From Clostridia bacterium (lineage in GTDB: Bacteria; Bacillota; Clostridia; TANB77; CAG-465), in assembly GCA_028692955.1 (NCBI GenBank), contig JAQUWH010000006.1:8273-72272 (forward strand): 64,000 nt of DNA, in the 5' to 3' direction. The first letter of the stretch is position 1. Every line of letters starts with the position of its first letter. Shown piece by piece: positions 1 through 9,951 of the stretch. Made by a program: the position numbers and the translations under genes. The notes under the pieces were generated by a model that saw only the letters and a list, made by a program, of their open reading frames with translations, had not been told where the DNA came from and did no database searches.

Positions 1-271
1 GATGATTTATTTGTTGACATCAGCCATGTGGAAGAAGAAGTCGTAGGTGAAACTTTATAAAATAATGTATTATTTTGAATAATAAACGCTCATAGCGTGT
101 TTACAAATTCTAACAATGTGGTATAATAGATTTAAATTGTTTATAACGCATTGTTTCAGATTAGAATTAAGATGAAAAAGAATCCATCATCTGGTAGAAA
201 ATCTACACAGGGAAAGTGTTGTATTCACTTATTTTCTATGTTAAAATATATTAAATAGGCAGGTGAAATGA

Positions 272-1423
272 TTGAACAAAAATATTGGAATCTATATACA
301 TATCCCATTTTGTGCTAGCAAATGTTATTATTGTGACTTTACATCTTATTGCAATAGGGATGAAGTAATACAAGACTATATCAACAGTGTATGTAATGAA
401 ATATTAAAAAATGTAGAAATATTAAGTTCGTATCATATCATCACAGTATATTTTGGTGGAGGAACCCCTTCGTATATTAATAGCAACTATATTGTACAAA
501 TTATGGAAGTATTAAAACTTTTACAAAAAGATGAAGACGAGTTTAGAGAAGTAACAATAGAATTAAATCCAAACAGCATAACGGAAGAAAAACTAAAAGA
601 TTACTTAAATTGTGGTATCAATCGCTTTAGTATTGGACTTCAATCTACGCATAATGATATACTAAAAAATATAGGAAGAAAGCATACATTTGATGATTTT
701 AAACATTCATGTTCACTGTTTAAGAAGCTGAACATAACGAATGTTTCATTAGATATCATGTACCCATTACCTGGACTTACAATTGAAAGATTTCACGAAA
801 CCTTAAACCAAGTAATAGATATATCAAAAGAATACGCTATTGAACATATTTCTAGCTACAATTTAGAAGTACATCCTAATACCAAATTAGATTTTCTATT
901 AAAAAATGGCTTTTTATCTTTACCAAATGAAGATGAAGAGTACGAGATGAGGAATTTATTAATTAACACTTTAGAAAAAGCAGGATGGAAGCAATATGAG
1001 ATTTCTAATTTTGCCAAACCAGGATATGAATCACTACATAATTTAAATTATTGGAATCAAGGAGAATATTTAGGATTTGGTGTTGCTGCTAGTAGTTTTT
1101 TTGATGGTTCAAGATATACTAATACTAATTCTATAGAAGACTATATTGAAAGTATGGCTACTAGTACTTCTACTGTGATTGAAAAAGATGATCTGGATAA
1201 ATTGGATTTGATGAAAGAATATATCATTTTAAAATTACGATTAAAAGAAGGAATTGATATAGATAAATTTAAAACTAAATTTAATAGTGATATTTTTGAT
1301 TTATTTGAGCAAGAATTAGATTATCTGATTTCAAATCGTTTACTGATACATGATGATAAACAAATCTATTTATCGGATAGAGGAAAAGAAGTAGCCAATC
1401 TTGTTTGGGAAAAATTTATCTAG
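272..1423 (+). CDS. hemW: Radical-SAM heme chaperone HemW (HemN-like, oxygen-independent coproporphyrinogen-III oxidase family)
   Basis: 383 aa. Radical-SAM CxxxCxxC motif near the N-terminus (IPFCASKCYYCDF) and a HemN_C-like tail. TTG start 5 nt after AGGTGA. Confidence 0.85.
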   Translation: MNKNIGIYIHIPFCASKCYYCDFTSYCNRDEVIQDYINSVCNEILKNVEILSSYHIITVYFGGGTPSYINSNYIVQIMEVLKLLQKDEDEFREVTIELNPNSITEEKLKDYLNCGINRFSIGLQSTHNDILKNIGRKHTFDDFKHSCSLFKKLNITNVSLDIMYPLPGLTIERFHETLNQVIDISKEYAIEHISSYNLEVHPNTKLDFLLKNGFLSLPNEDEEYEMRNLLINTLEKAGWKQYEISNFAKPGYESLHNLNYWNQGEYLGFGVAASSFFDGSRYTNTNSIEDYIESMATSTSTVIEKDDLDKLDLMKEYIILKLRLKEGIDIDKFKTKFNSDIFDLFEQELDYLISNRLLIHDDKQIYLSDRGKEVANLVWEKFI

Positions 1424-1461
1424 TGCGTTATAAACTTTAACAAATTAAGGAGTGTTATTAT

Positions 1462-1977
1462 ATGGAACAAACAAATGTTAAAGTTTTAGATACGATAGAA
1501 AATATACTAAAAAAATTATGCAAACACAAAATTACATTAAATCATTATCATTATGATATTAAAGTATATATGGTAAAAAAAGAGTGTGATATTACGAAGA
1601 TTAATTCTTTTGAGGACTTAAAAGAATATGCATTAGTAGATGATGTAAATGGGGATAGAAATGTAACGTTATATAGCGATAAAAAATTAACTTCGAAAAT
1701 ATCTAATATTGATGTTATGGTTGAAATTTTAAATGGATTGGATTACAAAGAGCTATTATATATCAATCAAGATATCTACGATTTTACAAAAAATAACTTA
1801 TCATTTCAAATAGTAGATGTTAGAAATCAAGGCGTTTTTTTGCAATTTGATGCTACATTAAATGATACAAAGAAAGAACAAATCATCAATATGTTTCAGC
1901 ATATTGATATTAATTTAACAAAAAGTGAAGAAGTAATCAATCATTTTAACACCGCTTTAAAAGATGCAAAAAAATAA
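1462..1977 (+). CDS. Hypothetical protein, 171 aa
   Basis: ORF preceded by AAGGAG 9 nt upstream of ATG and packed tightly between hemW and polA. No family recognised. Confidence 0.5.
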   Translation: MEQTNVKVLDTIENILKKLCKHKITLNHYHYDIKVYMVKKECDITKINSFEDLKEYALVDDVNGDRNVTLYSDKKLTSKISNIDVMVEILNGLDYKELLYINQDIYDFTKNNLSFQIVDVRNQGVFLQFDATLNDTKKEQIINMFQHIDINLTKSEEVINHFNTALKDAKK

Positions 1978-1995
1978 TAAAATAGAGGAGAAAAT

Positions 1996-4737
1996 ATGAA
2001 AAAGTTTTTAGTAATTGATGGAAATAGTATTATGAATCGAGCTTTTTATGGGCTTTCTGCCAATATGACCAGTTCTTATTTAGGGATCCATACCAATGCA
2101 GTATATGGTTTTTTAAATATTTATTGGATGATAGAAGATAAAATAAAACCAGATTATATTGCTGTATCCTTTGATCTAAAAGCTCCTACTTTTAGACACA
2201 AGATGTATGATGAATACAAAGGAACTAGAAAAGGTATGCCAGAGGAATTAGCAGAACAGATGGGACCTATAAAAGAAGTATTAACTGCTATGAATATTCC
2301 TATTTTAGAATTAGAAGGATATGAAGCAGATGATATATTAGGTACTGTTGCTAAAACTAATATGAATAAGGGTATCTTTACGTATATACTAACTGGTGAT
2401 AAGGATTCTTTTCAATTAATCAGTGATACTACCTCTATTATCATTCCAACAACTAGATTTGGTAAAACAGAATATACGATTTATACTCCAGAATTACTAA
2501 AAGAAAAGCAAAATATCGAACCCTATCAAGTCGTTCATATTAAATCATTGATGGGAGATAGCTCAGATAATATTCCTGGTGTCAAGGGAATAGGAGAAAA
2601 GACCGCATATTCTTTAATTGAGAAATATACAACTCTTGAAAATATTTATACTAACATAGAACAGCTGGATGCCAGTCAGAAAATAAAAGAAAAATTAGTA
2701 AATGATAAAGAAATGGCATATTTAAGCAAAGAGCTTGCTACTATCGATCAAGAAGTACCAGTTACTATTGATTACGATAAATGTATTGTTTCTTCAGTCA
2801 ATTTAGATGAATTATTTAAATTATTTAAAAAATTAGAATTCAATAAATTTATGAGCAAGTTTGATTTTACAAATATATCTAATGATGATAATCAAATTAC
2901 CTCGAAAATAGAAATTGAAGTCTCAAATTTCTATCTATTAAATAGCAATAATATTCATCAATATAGAGACGAATTAAAGGCCGTTTTTTCAGAAGATAAA
3001 ATAGCATATATTTTAAATTACAATTATGATAATTTTGTACCTAATTGCTATTTAAATAACAAATCTATTTTTGGTGTATATTCAAATGCAAAAGATAGTA
3101 TATATGTAATAGATATAGAAGAGGTATCAAAGAAAACTCCAGAAATACTAAAAACTATCTTGGAAGATTTTGTCACAGCAGATGTAGTAAAACTTGGTTA
3201 TAACATTAAACAAGATTTGTTGTTTTTCTTTCGCCAAGGACTTAGCCATTTAACTCATTTTGATTATGATTTAATGATTGCTTACTATTTAATGAATCCT
3301 AGTAGGAACAATTACCTTATGGATTACATTTTAAATGATTTATTTGAGCTTAGTATCGAAAAAGAAAACCTAGCAGAAACAAAACAATTATCTATGTTTG
3401 AAGAAAACAGTGATGATGAAGAATTGTTAACTGCTATACAAATGAATAATATAAAAATGTATCTAAAGGGGATTTACTTATCACATGATATCATTACTAA
3501 AAAATTAAAAGAGCTAGAGATGTTAACGCTATTTTTGGATATTGAAATGCCACTAACAGAAACGCTTGCTAGTATGGAATATCATGGTATGTATATTGAT
3601 TTAACCAGATTAAATGAATTTGATGCTATGATAAGCACTACTTTAAATCAATTAGAAGAGGAAATCTATCATCTTGCAGGTGAAACCTTTAATATTAACT
3701 CTACACAGCAGCTAGGTGTAGTATTATTCGAAAAACTATCTTTACCTACTGTAAAGAAGAACAAAACCGGTTACTCAACGGATAAAACGGTGCTAGAAGA
3801 ACTCAGTGAACAGCACCCTATTATTGATAAAGTATTAGAGTATAGACAAACAATGAAGTTAAAATCTACGTATGTTGATGGATTAAGAGATAAGATTGCA
3901 GATGATGGTAGAATTCATACTACTTTTATGCAAACAGTAACAACAACTGGTAGACTAAGCAGTATTGAACCAAATCTACAAAATATACCCATCAAATTGG
4001 AACTAGGAAGCAAAATAAGAGACTTTTTTACTGCAGAGGGAATGCAACTGCTTGTAGATTCTGATTATAGCCAAATCGAACTGAGAGTACTCGCTCATAT
4101 TTCAAATGATGAGGTAATGATTGATTCTTTTAAAAATCATATTGATATTCATAAAGTGACAGCATCTCAAGTATTCAATATACCATTAGAAGATGTAACT
4201 AGTACGATGCGTTCTCATGCTAAGGCTGTTAATTTTGGTATCGTCTATGGTATTAGTGAATTTGGCCTCGCAAAAAATATTGGTTCTACTCGTTATGAAG
4301 CCAAACAATATATTGAAAATTATTTAAACAAATACCAAGGCATACATTCATTTATGACAGAGATTGTAAAAAAGGCAAAAGAAGTAGGGTATGTGAATAC
4401 TATTTTTGGAAGAAGAAGATATATTCCAGAACTAAATAGCAAGAATAAAAATATCATTCAATTTGGAGAACGTATTGCTATGAATACTCCAATACAGGGT
4501 AGTGCAGCGGATATAATTAAATTAGCCATGAATAAAATATACAAAGAAATTAAAGATAGAAACCTTAAATCTAAGCTCATTATGCAAGTACATGATGAAT
4601 TAATTATAGAGACACATCAAGACGAGATAGAAGTAATCAAAGAGATAATGAAAGATTCAATGGAAAACATAGTTAAATTAAATGTTCCACTTGAAGTCGA
4701 CTTGAACATAGGAAAAAGTTGGTATGAAGCCAAATAA
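1996..4737 (+). CDS. polA: DNA polymerase I
   Basis: 913 aa. N-terminal 5'-3' exonuclease (DGNSIMNRAFY, GDSSDNIPGVKGIGEKTA). C-terminal family A polymerase motifs (DYSQIELRVLAH, RSHAKAVNFGIVYG, QVHDEL). Confidence 0.95.
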   Translation: MKKFLVIDGNSIMNRAFYGLSANMTSSYLGIHTNAVYGFLNIYWMIEDKIKPDYIAVSFDLKAPTFRHKMYDEYKGTRKGMPEELAEQMGPIKEVLTAMNIPILELEGYEADDILGTVAKTNMNKGIFTYILTGDKDSFQLISDTTSIIIPTTRFGKTEYTIYTPELLKEKQNIEPYQVVHIKSLMGDSSDNIPGVKGIGEKTAYSLIEKYTTLENIYTNIEQLDASQKIKEKLVNDKEMAYLSKELATIDQEVPVTIDYDKCIVSSVNLDELFKLFKKLEFNKFMSKFDFTNISNDDNQITSKIEIEVSNFYLLNSNNIHQYRDELKAVFSEDKIAYILNYNYDNFVPNCYLNNKSIFGVYSNAKDSIYVIDIEEVSKKTPEILKTILEDFVTADVVKLGYNIKQDLLFFFRQGLSHLTHFDYDLMIAYYLMNPSRNNYLMDYILNDLFELSIEKENLAETKQLSMFEENSDDEELLTAIQMNNIKMYLKGIYLSHDIITKKLKELEMLTLFLDIEMPLTETLASMEYHGMYIDLTRLNEFDAMISTTLNQLEEEIYHLAGETFNINSTQQLGVVLFEKLSLPTVKKNKTGYSTDKTVLEELSEQHPIIDKVLEYRQTMKLKSTYVDGLRDKIADDGRIHTTFMQTVTTTGRLSSIEPNLQNIPIKLELGSKIRDFFTAEGMQLLVDSDYSQIELRVLAHISNDEVMIDSFKNHIDIHKVTASQVFNIPLEDVTSTMRSHAKAVNFGIVYGISEFGLAKNIGSTRYEAKQYIENYLNKYQGIHSFMTEIVKKAKEVGYVNTIFGRRRYIPELNSKNKNIIQFGERIAMNTPIQGSAADIIKLAMNKIYKEIKDRNLKSKLIMQVHDELIIETHQDEIEVIKEIMKDSMENIVKLNVPLEVDLNIGKSWYEAK

Positions 4738-4748
4738 AGGATGGTTTA

Positions 4749-5318
4749 ATGAATAAAATTGCAAAGAAAAATAAATTATTACCAAGAATATTACTGATAG
4801 CAACTATATTAATTGCTATTCTATTATTAATATATAATATCTTAAGAAATTATGTTTATCCGCTAAAACATTTTGATATAGTTAAAAATGAGGCCGCTAT
4901 TAATAACATAGATCCTTATTTAATCATGGCAATCATCAAATCAGAAAGTGGTTTTAATAAGAATGCCGTTTCTAATAAACAAGCTAGAGGTCTTATGCAA
5001 ATAATGGAATCGACAGCTAATGATATCAAAGATAAACTTGATATAGAACTTGAAACAGATAATTTATATGATGAAGAAACTAATATTAAAATTGGCTGCA
5101 AATATATGAAGTATTTGATTGATCGATATGATGGAAATTATTATATTGCAATCTGTGCATATAATGCAGGGTTGGGTAACATAGATAAATGGCTAGAACA
5201 AGGGATTATTCAAAAAGATTTAGATACTAATACTAATACACAAATTCCTTTTAAGGAAACAGCTAAATATTTAGACAAAGTAATTTCATCATATAAAATG
5301 TATCGTTTGTTATATTAG
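4749..5318 (+). CDS. Membrane-anchored lytic transglycosylase (SLT domain)
   Basis: 189 aa. N-terminal TM helix and SLT catalytic motif ESGFNKNAVSNKQARGLMQI, with AYNAG downstream. Confidence 0.8.
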   Translation: MNKIAKKNKLLPRILLIATILIAILLLIYNILRNYVYPLKHFDIVKNEAAINNIDPYLIMAIIKSESGFNKNAVSNKQARGLMQIMESTANDIKDKLDIELETDNLYDEETNIKIGCKYMKYLIDRYDGNYYIAICAYNAGLGNIDKWLEQGIIQKDLDTNTNTQIPFKETAKYLDKVISSYKMYRLLY

Positions 5319-5477
5319 TTTTAAAGTACATCTTAATTTAATATTAGGGTGTATTTTTTAACTTCTGATTGCAATTTTGCTCATTATTTGTAGTTTGAAT
5401 AGACATTTAGTCTAGACAAGAATAGATAGATTGTGGTATAATATATATTAGTAATTCAAAAAATGGGGGGATTAATT

Positions 5478-6203
5478 ATGAGTGGACATAGTAAATGGGC
5501 CAATATTAAAAGAAAAAAAGAAAGTACTGATGCTAAAAAAGCCAATATATTTTCTAAACTTGGTAAGGAAATTACTGTTGCAGTTAAAATGGGTGGTAGC
5601 CCTGACCCCAATGTCAATGCAAAATTAAAAGATGTTATTGCGAAAGCTAAATCACAAAACATGCCAAACGATAATATTAATAGATGTATTCAAAAAGCCG
5701 CCGGGGATGCCAATGCTGCTAATTATGAAGAAATAACATATGAAGGATTTGGACCATGTGGTGTTTCTGTTATTGTAGAATCAATGACAGATAACAAAAA
5801 CAGAGCTGCAGCCGATATTAGAAGTATATTTTCAAAATCTGGTGGCTCAATGGGTCAAACTGGTTCTGTTGGATATATGTTTAATAAAAAAGGATATATA
5901 TTAATAGAAAAAACAGATGGATTAGACGAAGATACTCTAATGATGGAAGCATTAGACAATGGAGCAGAAGATTTTATCTCTGAAGAAGACTATATTGAAA
6001 TATATTGCGTTCCAGAAAACTTTAGCAAATTAAGAGAATATATGGAAGGGTTATCTCTTTCTATACTGGAAGAAGATATACGACAAATTGCAACATTAAA
6101 AAAAGAATTAAATGAGGAAGAAGAAGAAAAATTACAAAGATTTCTTGATAAATTAGATGATTGTGACGACGTTCAAAACGTTTGGCATAATGCTGATATA
6201 TGA
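5478..6203 (+). CDS. yebC: YebC/PmpR family DNA-binding transcriptional regulator
   Basis: Begins MSGHSKWANIKRKK, the YebC family signature. ATG at 5478 is preferred over the upstream ATG at 5463 because GGGGG lies just upstream. Confidence 0.9.
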   Translation: MSGHSKWANIKRKKESTDAKKANIFSKLGKEITVAVKMGGSPDPNVNAKLKDVIAKAKSQNMPNDNINRCIQKAAGDANAANYEEITYEGFGPCGVSVIVESMTDNKNRAAADIRSIFSKSGGSMGQTGSVGYMFNKKGYILIEKTDGLDEDTLMMEALDNGAEDFISEEDYIEIYCVPENFSKLREYMEGLSLSILEEDIRQIATLKKELNEEEEEKLQRFLDKLDDCDDVQNVWHNADI

Positions 6204-6309
6204 TATTTTACATTTTCGTTACAAAATTATGTAATTAATATTGACTTTACATAAAAAACGTGTTATAATATTTATGTAGGTATGATTATGAAAAAGGAGG
6301 TAGTGTCTT

Positions 6310-6903
6310 ATGTATTATGATAGCAAATCTTCATTTTATATGAAACAATACGGTTTTCCAGCATTAGTAATCTTTATTTCTGTATTACTAATAGGTGGTG
6401 GATTATTTATTTATTTTGCAAGTAGTACAAAAAACGCTACTGAACAAGAAATGGTGATTGCAAGTAATGAGTTAAAAGATGTTGATTCTAAATCTGCTAC
6501 AGTTTTAACGAAAGAATTGAATGGTTTAAAACCATTACAACAATCAGATTTTGGTATGATATCTGAAATTCAAGATGATGGTAAAATAATATTTATATTT
6601 GATCATAAATTAATTGAATTTTATTTATTAGGAATTGATATACAAAACTCTAAAGGAATCATCAGTAACTTAAGAGCAGACCTACAAAGTAAGAATGTAA
6701 AAATTGCTTTTGATCAAGAAAAAGTGATGGATTCGAAAATATATGCTTATGTATATATTGATAATACATTATATAACGAAACAATATTAGAAAATGGAAA
6801 AGCTATATTAAAACAAGATACAAGCAACATTACTCTCATATCTGATTTAAAGCAAGCACAAGCTTATGCTAAACAACTTGCAAAAGGTGTTTGGAAAAAA
6901 TAA
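6310..6903 (+). CDS. Membrane-anchored SNase-like (thermonuclease-fold) protein, catalytic residues apparently substituted
   Basis: 197 aa with an N-terminal TM helix. SNase-like blocks LLGIDIQNS, YAYVYIDNTLYNETILENGKA and AKQLAKGVWK. AAGGAGG RBS lies 9 nt upstream. Confidence 0.6.
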   Translation: MYYDSKSSFYMKQYGFPALVIFISVLLIGGGLFIYFASSTKNATEQEMVIASNELKDVDSKSATVLTKELNGLKPLQQSDFGMISEIQDDGKIIFIFDHKLIEFYLLGIDIQNSKGIISNLRADLQSKNVKIAFDQEKVMDSKIYAYVYIDNTLYNETILENGKAILKQDTSNITLISDLKQAQAYAKQLAKGVWKK

Positions 6904-7054
6904 AGCATGCCAAACTAGGGAAAAACCTTAGTTTTCATATATCAACCTCTTATGATCGCCTCTATAGCAATGTAGGGGCATCTTTTTTTGTCTTTTACTT
7001 GGCATATATAACAAAATATGATATAATAATTAAGTTATAAGGAGAGGGAAGAAT

Positions 7055-7513
7055 ATGATGGAACCTGCGATTGAAGAGGCAATAAAAACAATAAACAAAA
7101 ACTTTGGTGGACCATTTGGAGCAGTTATTACCGATAAAGAAGGAAAGATAATAGCTATATCCTCTAACACTGTCTTAAGGGATAATGATTCGACTGCTCA
7201 TGCAGAAATAAATGCTATTAGAGTAGCGGAAAAGAGCCTGAAGACTCACAATTTAGAAGGATGCATCCTATATACAACATGTTATCCATGTCCCATGTGC
7301 ATGGGAGCGATTCTATGGGCCAATATACAAGAAGTTTACTATGGATGTGATGCAATAGATGCTGCTAAAATAGGGTTTAAAGATGACTATATTTACAAGT
7401 ATATTGAATCTGGATGTCATAATGAACAAGTGTTAAAGATAACGCAAATAAATAGAGATAAATGCATAAAATTATTTGAAGAATATGATAAGAAAAATAA
7501 AGAAATTTATTAA
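7055..7513 (+). CDS. guaD: Guanine deaminase (CDA-fold, GuaD-like)
   Basis: 152 aa. Zinc motifs HAEINAI and CYPCPMCMGAI. GGPFGAVI and the GFKDDYIYKYI tail resemble Bacillus GuaD rather than TadA. Confidence 0.75.
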   Translation: MMEPAIEEAIKTINKNFGGPFGAVITDKEGKIIAISSNTVLRDNDSTAHAEINAIRVAEKSLKTHNLEGCILYTTCYPCPMCMGAILWANIQEVYYGCDAIDAAKIGFKDDYIYKYIESGCHNEQVLKITQINRDKCIKLFEEYDKKNKEIY

Positions 7514-7539
7514 ACAAATAAAATAGTATAGATCATTTT

Positions 7540-8016
7540 CTATACTATTTTTAATTTATTCTTGATTTCAAGTAGATTATTTTCAATATGATTGATATCT
7601 GTTCTCATGATTTCTATACCAACTCTACTTAAAATGTAATTTTTCTTAACATCATTTTCTTTGTTTTTAGCTCTTTCATGAGTGGAATCATCCAGTTCTA
7701 TAAATAACAGTGGTTTTGTATTTTTATCAGTAATTAAGAAGTCAATATGTTTGCCACTCACTTTATTTAGATGCTTATTACTATATGTTTTAATGATATC
7801 AGCAAGTCTAACTTTAGAAAAAATAATATATTCTGTATTTTCTAATAGCTTTCTTAATGAATGATAATATTTCCTTTCATTATATGTTAAGATAACATCA
7901 TTTAGTTTCCCGTTAAATTTATATTCCTTTTTGCGTTTTTTAGTATACATTTCCGATAGTTTTATTAATATACCTAGAATTAATATAATGGAAAGTACTA
8001 ATATTAAATTTTGCAT
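7540..8016 (-). CDS. DUF2726-like (restriction-endonuclease fold) protein with N-terminal TM anchor
   Basis: 158 aa with a TM helix. Core HIDFLITDKNTKPLLFIELDDSTH fits the D..E.D/K nuclease-like pattern of DUF2726. Confidence 0.6.
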   Translation of the reverse strand: MQNLILVLSIILILGILIKLSEMYTKKRKKEYKFNGKLNDVILTYNERKYYHSLRKLLENTEYIIFSKVRLADIIKTYSNKHLNKVSGKHIDFLITDKNTKPLLFIELDDSTHERAKNKENDVKKNYILSRVGIEIMRTDINHIENNLLEIKNKLKIV

Positions 8017-8108
8017 TCAATCACCATAATTATTATACCATATTTTTATATTTTTTCCATCTATAGAATAAAAAATGTAAAAATTATATCAAAAATTCGC
8101 ATGCTGGC

Positions 8109-8137
8109 TTGACATAACAGCGCATATATATTATAAT
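8109..8137 (+). promoter_or_regulatory. Consensus sigma-A type promoter for the 8167 gene
   Basis: TTGACA, a 17-nt spacer, then TATAAT (8109-8114 and 8132-8137). Confidence 0.5.
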
Positions 8138-8166
8138 GTTAACATAATATATAAAGAAGGTGAATA

Positions 8167-8562
8167 ATGGACTTTGAACTTAATGAACGTGATCTCATAT
8201 ATCTTTTAAATTGCATGAGTTTGACTTTAAATTTTATGAAATGGCACAATCCTAATGAAAAGTCGTATGTTGAAATGTACTTTTATAATGAAAATTATGC
8301 AGATGATTATAACAGTATTATGGTATTGCACCGTTTCATGAGTTTAAAAGGGAATAGGGTGTTGTACAATTTAGAAGATGATATATTTTTTAGAGGTCAA
8401 GCAAAATATCTCATTCATAAAAATTTTGATTTTTTAAAAAGTAAATATAAACATAAACATATGATAAAAAGAAATGTTAAAAATATAAAATATAAAAAAG
8501 AAATAAATTCATTCATTGTAAAACTAAAAGTAGTGTTATATAAAATAATGAAAATAGTATAA
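8167..8562 (+). CDS. Hypothetical protein, 131 aa, basic C-terminus
   Basis: ORF after GAAGGTG RBS and a consensus promoter. No family recognised. Confidence 0.45.
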   Translation: MDFELNERDLIYLLNCMSLTLNFMKWHNPNEKSYVEMYFYNENYADDYNSIMVLHRFMSLKGNRVLYNLEDDIFFRGQAKYLIHKNFDFLKSKYKHKHMIKRNVKNIKYKKEINSFIVKLKVVLYKIMKIV

Positions 8563-8570
8563 TAAGAGGT

Positions 8571-8617
8571 AAGAGATAATTTTAGTAGGGAGATACCCTA
8601 TATTAAAATTATCTCTT
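8571..8617 (+). terminator. Perfect 14-bp-stem hairpin downstream of the 8167 gene
   Basis: AAGAGATAATTTTA (8571-8584) pairs with TAAAATTATCTCTT (8604-8617). There is no strong T-tract, so terminator function is tentative. Confidence 0.4.
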
Positions 8618-8943
8618 ATTGCGCAAAATAATAATTTTGTAAATATTAGGTGGGGATTCATTGACTAATATACGAATATATGATAATATTAATATATATT
8701 AAAATACTTGTTCCTATACATTAACCCATATACAACTATGTACTTATATTATAATGTAGATTATACTTATTTTATAATTATACTAATCTTATATTATAAT
8801 TTCATTTGTACCATTTTCTATTTTCCTCGTATATTCGATTTTAAAGCAATTGACTCTTTTTCAAGGTATGTAACTATATGCCTTAATTAACAAAAATGCC
8901 TTAAAATCGATTTTAGAGCGTCGTTTTTTGGAGGTAATTTACT

Positions 8944-9909
8944 ATGTTTGACGATGTACCAATTTATATACAAGAATTCCTAGAATACATGTCTGGAATC
9001 AAAAATCGTTCAAAATCTACTATAAAAGAATATTATTATGACTTAAGATTTGCTTTTAAATATTTAAAACTTTTGGATGCTGGATATAAAGATTCTAAAA
9101 TAAACAATGAACTAATTGAAAAAACTGACATATCCAATTTAAGTTTAAAATTTATTGAAAATATTGTTTTAGAAGATTTACATAAATATTTGAATTTTTT
9201 ATCAACGACATTAATTGACAAACCAACAACACGTGCACGAAAAGTTGCTGCCTTAAAATCTTTTTTTAATTATATGACACATAAAAGAAAATTATTGGAT
9301 AAAAATCCTGCAGTTGAATTAGAAACTCCAAAATTACCAAAAAGATTACCAAAATACTTGAGCTTAGATGAAAGTCTCTCTCTCCTCCACTCTGTTGATG
9401 GTGAATTCGAAAAAAGAGATTTATGTATACTAACATTGTTTTTAAACTGTGGCTTGCGTTTATCTGAACTTGTTAATATTAACCTTTATCATATGAGAGG
9501 AGATATCTTAACTGTTATTGGTAAAGGCGATAAAGAACGTTCTATCTACCTAAATGATGCCTGTCAGAAAGCAATTAAAGACTACATTGCCATACGTCCT
9601 AAAGATATTAAAGATAGAGATGCTTTGTTTATTTCAAAGCGTGGCACTAGAATTGGCAGGCGTACCGTTGAAGTGATGGTGAAAAAATATATTATTGCTG
9701 CAGGTCTTGATCCAAAGAAGTATTCTCCACACAAATTAAGACACACTGCTGCTACTTTAATGCATAAATATGGTGGCGTGGATATTAGAGCTTTACAGCA
9801 AGTATTAGGACATGAAAGTATCTCAACAACAGAAATCTATACACATGTAGATGATGAACAAGTAAAGGATGCCCTTTCAAAGAACCCTTTAAATAGAAAG
9901 AATATATAG
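8944..9909 (+). CDS. Tyrosine site-specific recombinase, XerC/XerD family
   Basis: 321 aa. C-terminal catalytic region HKLRHTAATLMHKYGGVDIRALQQVLGHESISTTEIYTHV (R..H-R-H..Y pattern), plus an N-terminal SAM-like domain. Confidence 0.85.
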   Translation: MFDDVPIYIQEFLEYMSGIKNRSKSTIKEYYYDLRFAFKYLKLLDAGYKDSKINNELIEKTDISNLSLKFIENIVLEDLHKYLNFLSTTLIDKPTTRARKVAALKSFFNYMTHKRKLLDKNPAVELETPKLPKRLPKYLSLDESLSLLHSVDGEFEKRDLCILTLFLNCGLRLSELVNINLYHMRGDILTVIGKGDKERSIYLNDACQKAIKDYIAIRPKDIKDRDALFISKRGTRIGRRTVEVMVKKYIIAAGLDPKKYSPHKLRHTAATLMHKYGGVDIRALQQVLGHESISTTEIYTHVDDEQVKDALSKNPLNRKNI

Positions 9910-9918
9910 ACATAAAAG

Positions 9919-9947
9919 ACACCTAGAACTGTAATGGTTCTAGGTGT
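9919..9947. terminator. Bidirectional hairpin between convergent genes
   Basis: ACACCTAGAAC (9919-9929) pairs with GTTCTAGGTGT (9937-9947), an 11-bp stem. It lies between the recombinase stop and the glycosyltransferase stop. Confidence 0.6.
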
Positions 9948-9951
9948 TTAG

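Noticed and set aside
1-60. Open frame at the window edge ending ...DDLFVDISHVEEEVVGETL, followed by an imperfect hairpin and a TTTACA-16-TATAAT promoter
   Set aside because: It is probably the 3' end of a gene, but 19 codons are too few to call a product.
1462-1977. Possible CYTH/class IV adenylate-cyclase-like fold (GVFLQFDATL resembles the G.F.EIE strand)
   Set aside because: The diagnostic N-terminal ExExK motif is absent and the acidic residues are substituted. The similarity is too weak to call without a profile search.
5456-5662. 68-aa minus-strand ORF and the extended MGGLIMSG start of yebC
   Set aside because: The minus-strand ORF is antisense to yebC. The family-typical N-terminus MSGHSKWANIK and the upstream G-rich RBS favour the start at 5478.
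8708-8890. 60-aa ORF in the AT-rich intergenic region, and two copies of CTTATATTATAAT (8743-8755 and 8788-8800) upstream of the tyrosine recombinase
   Set aside because: The ORF has no RBS and a Tyr/Ile/Phe-rich composition. A 13-nt A/T-only repeat is weak evidence in DNA this AT-rich, so I cannot support an att/dif-like site.
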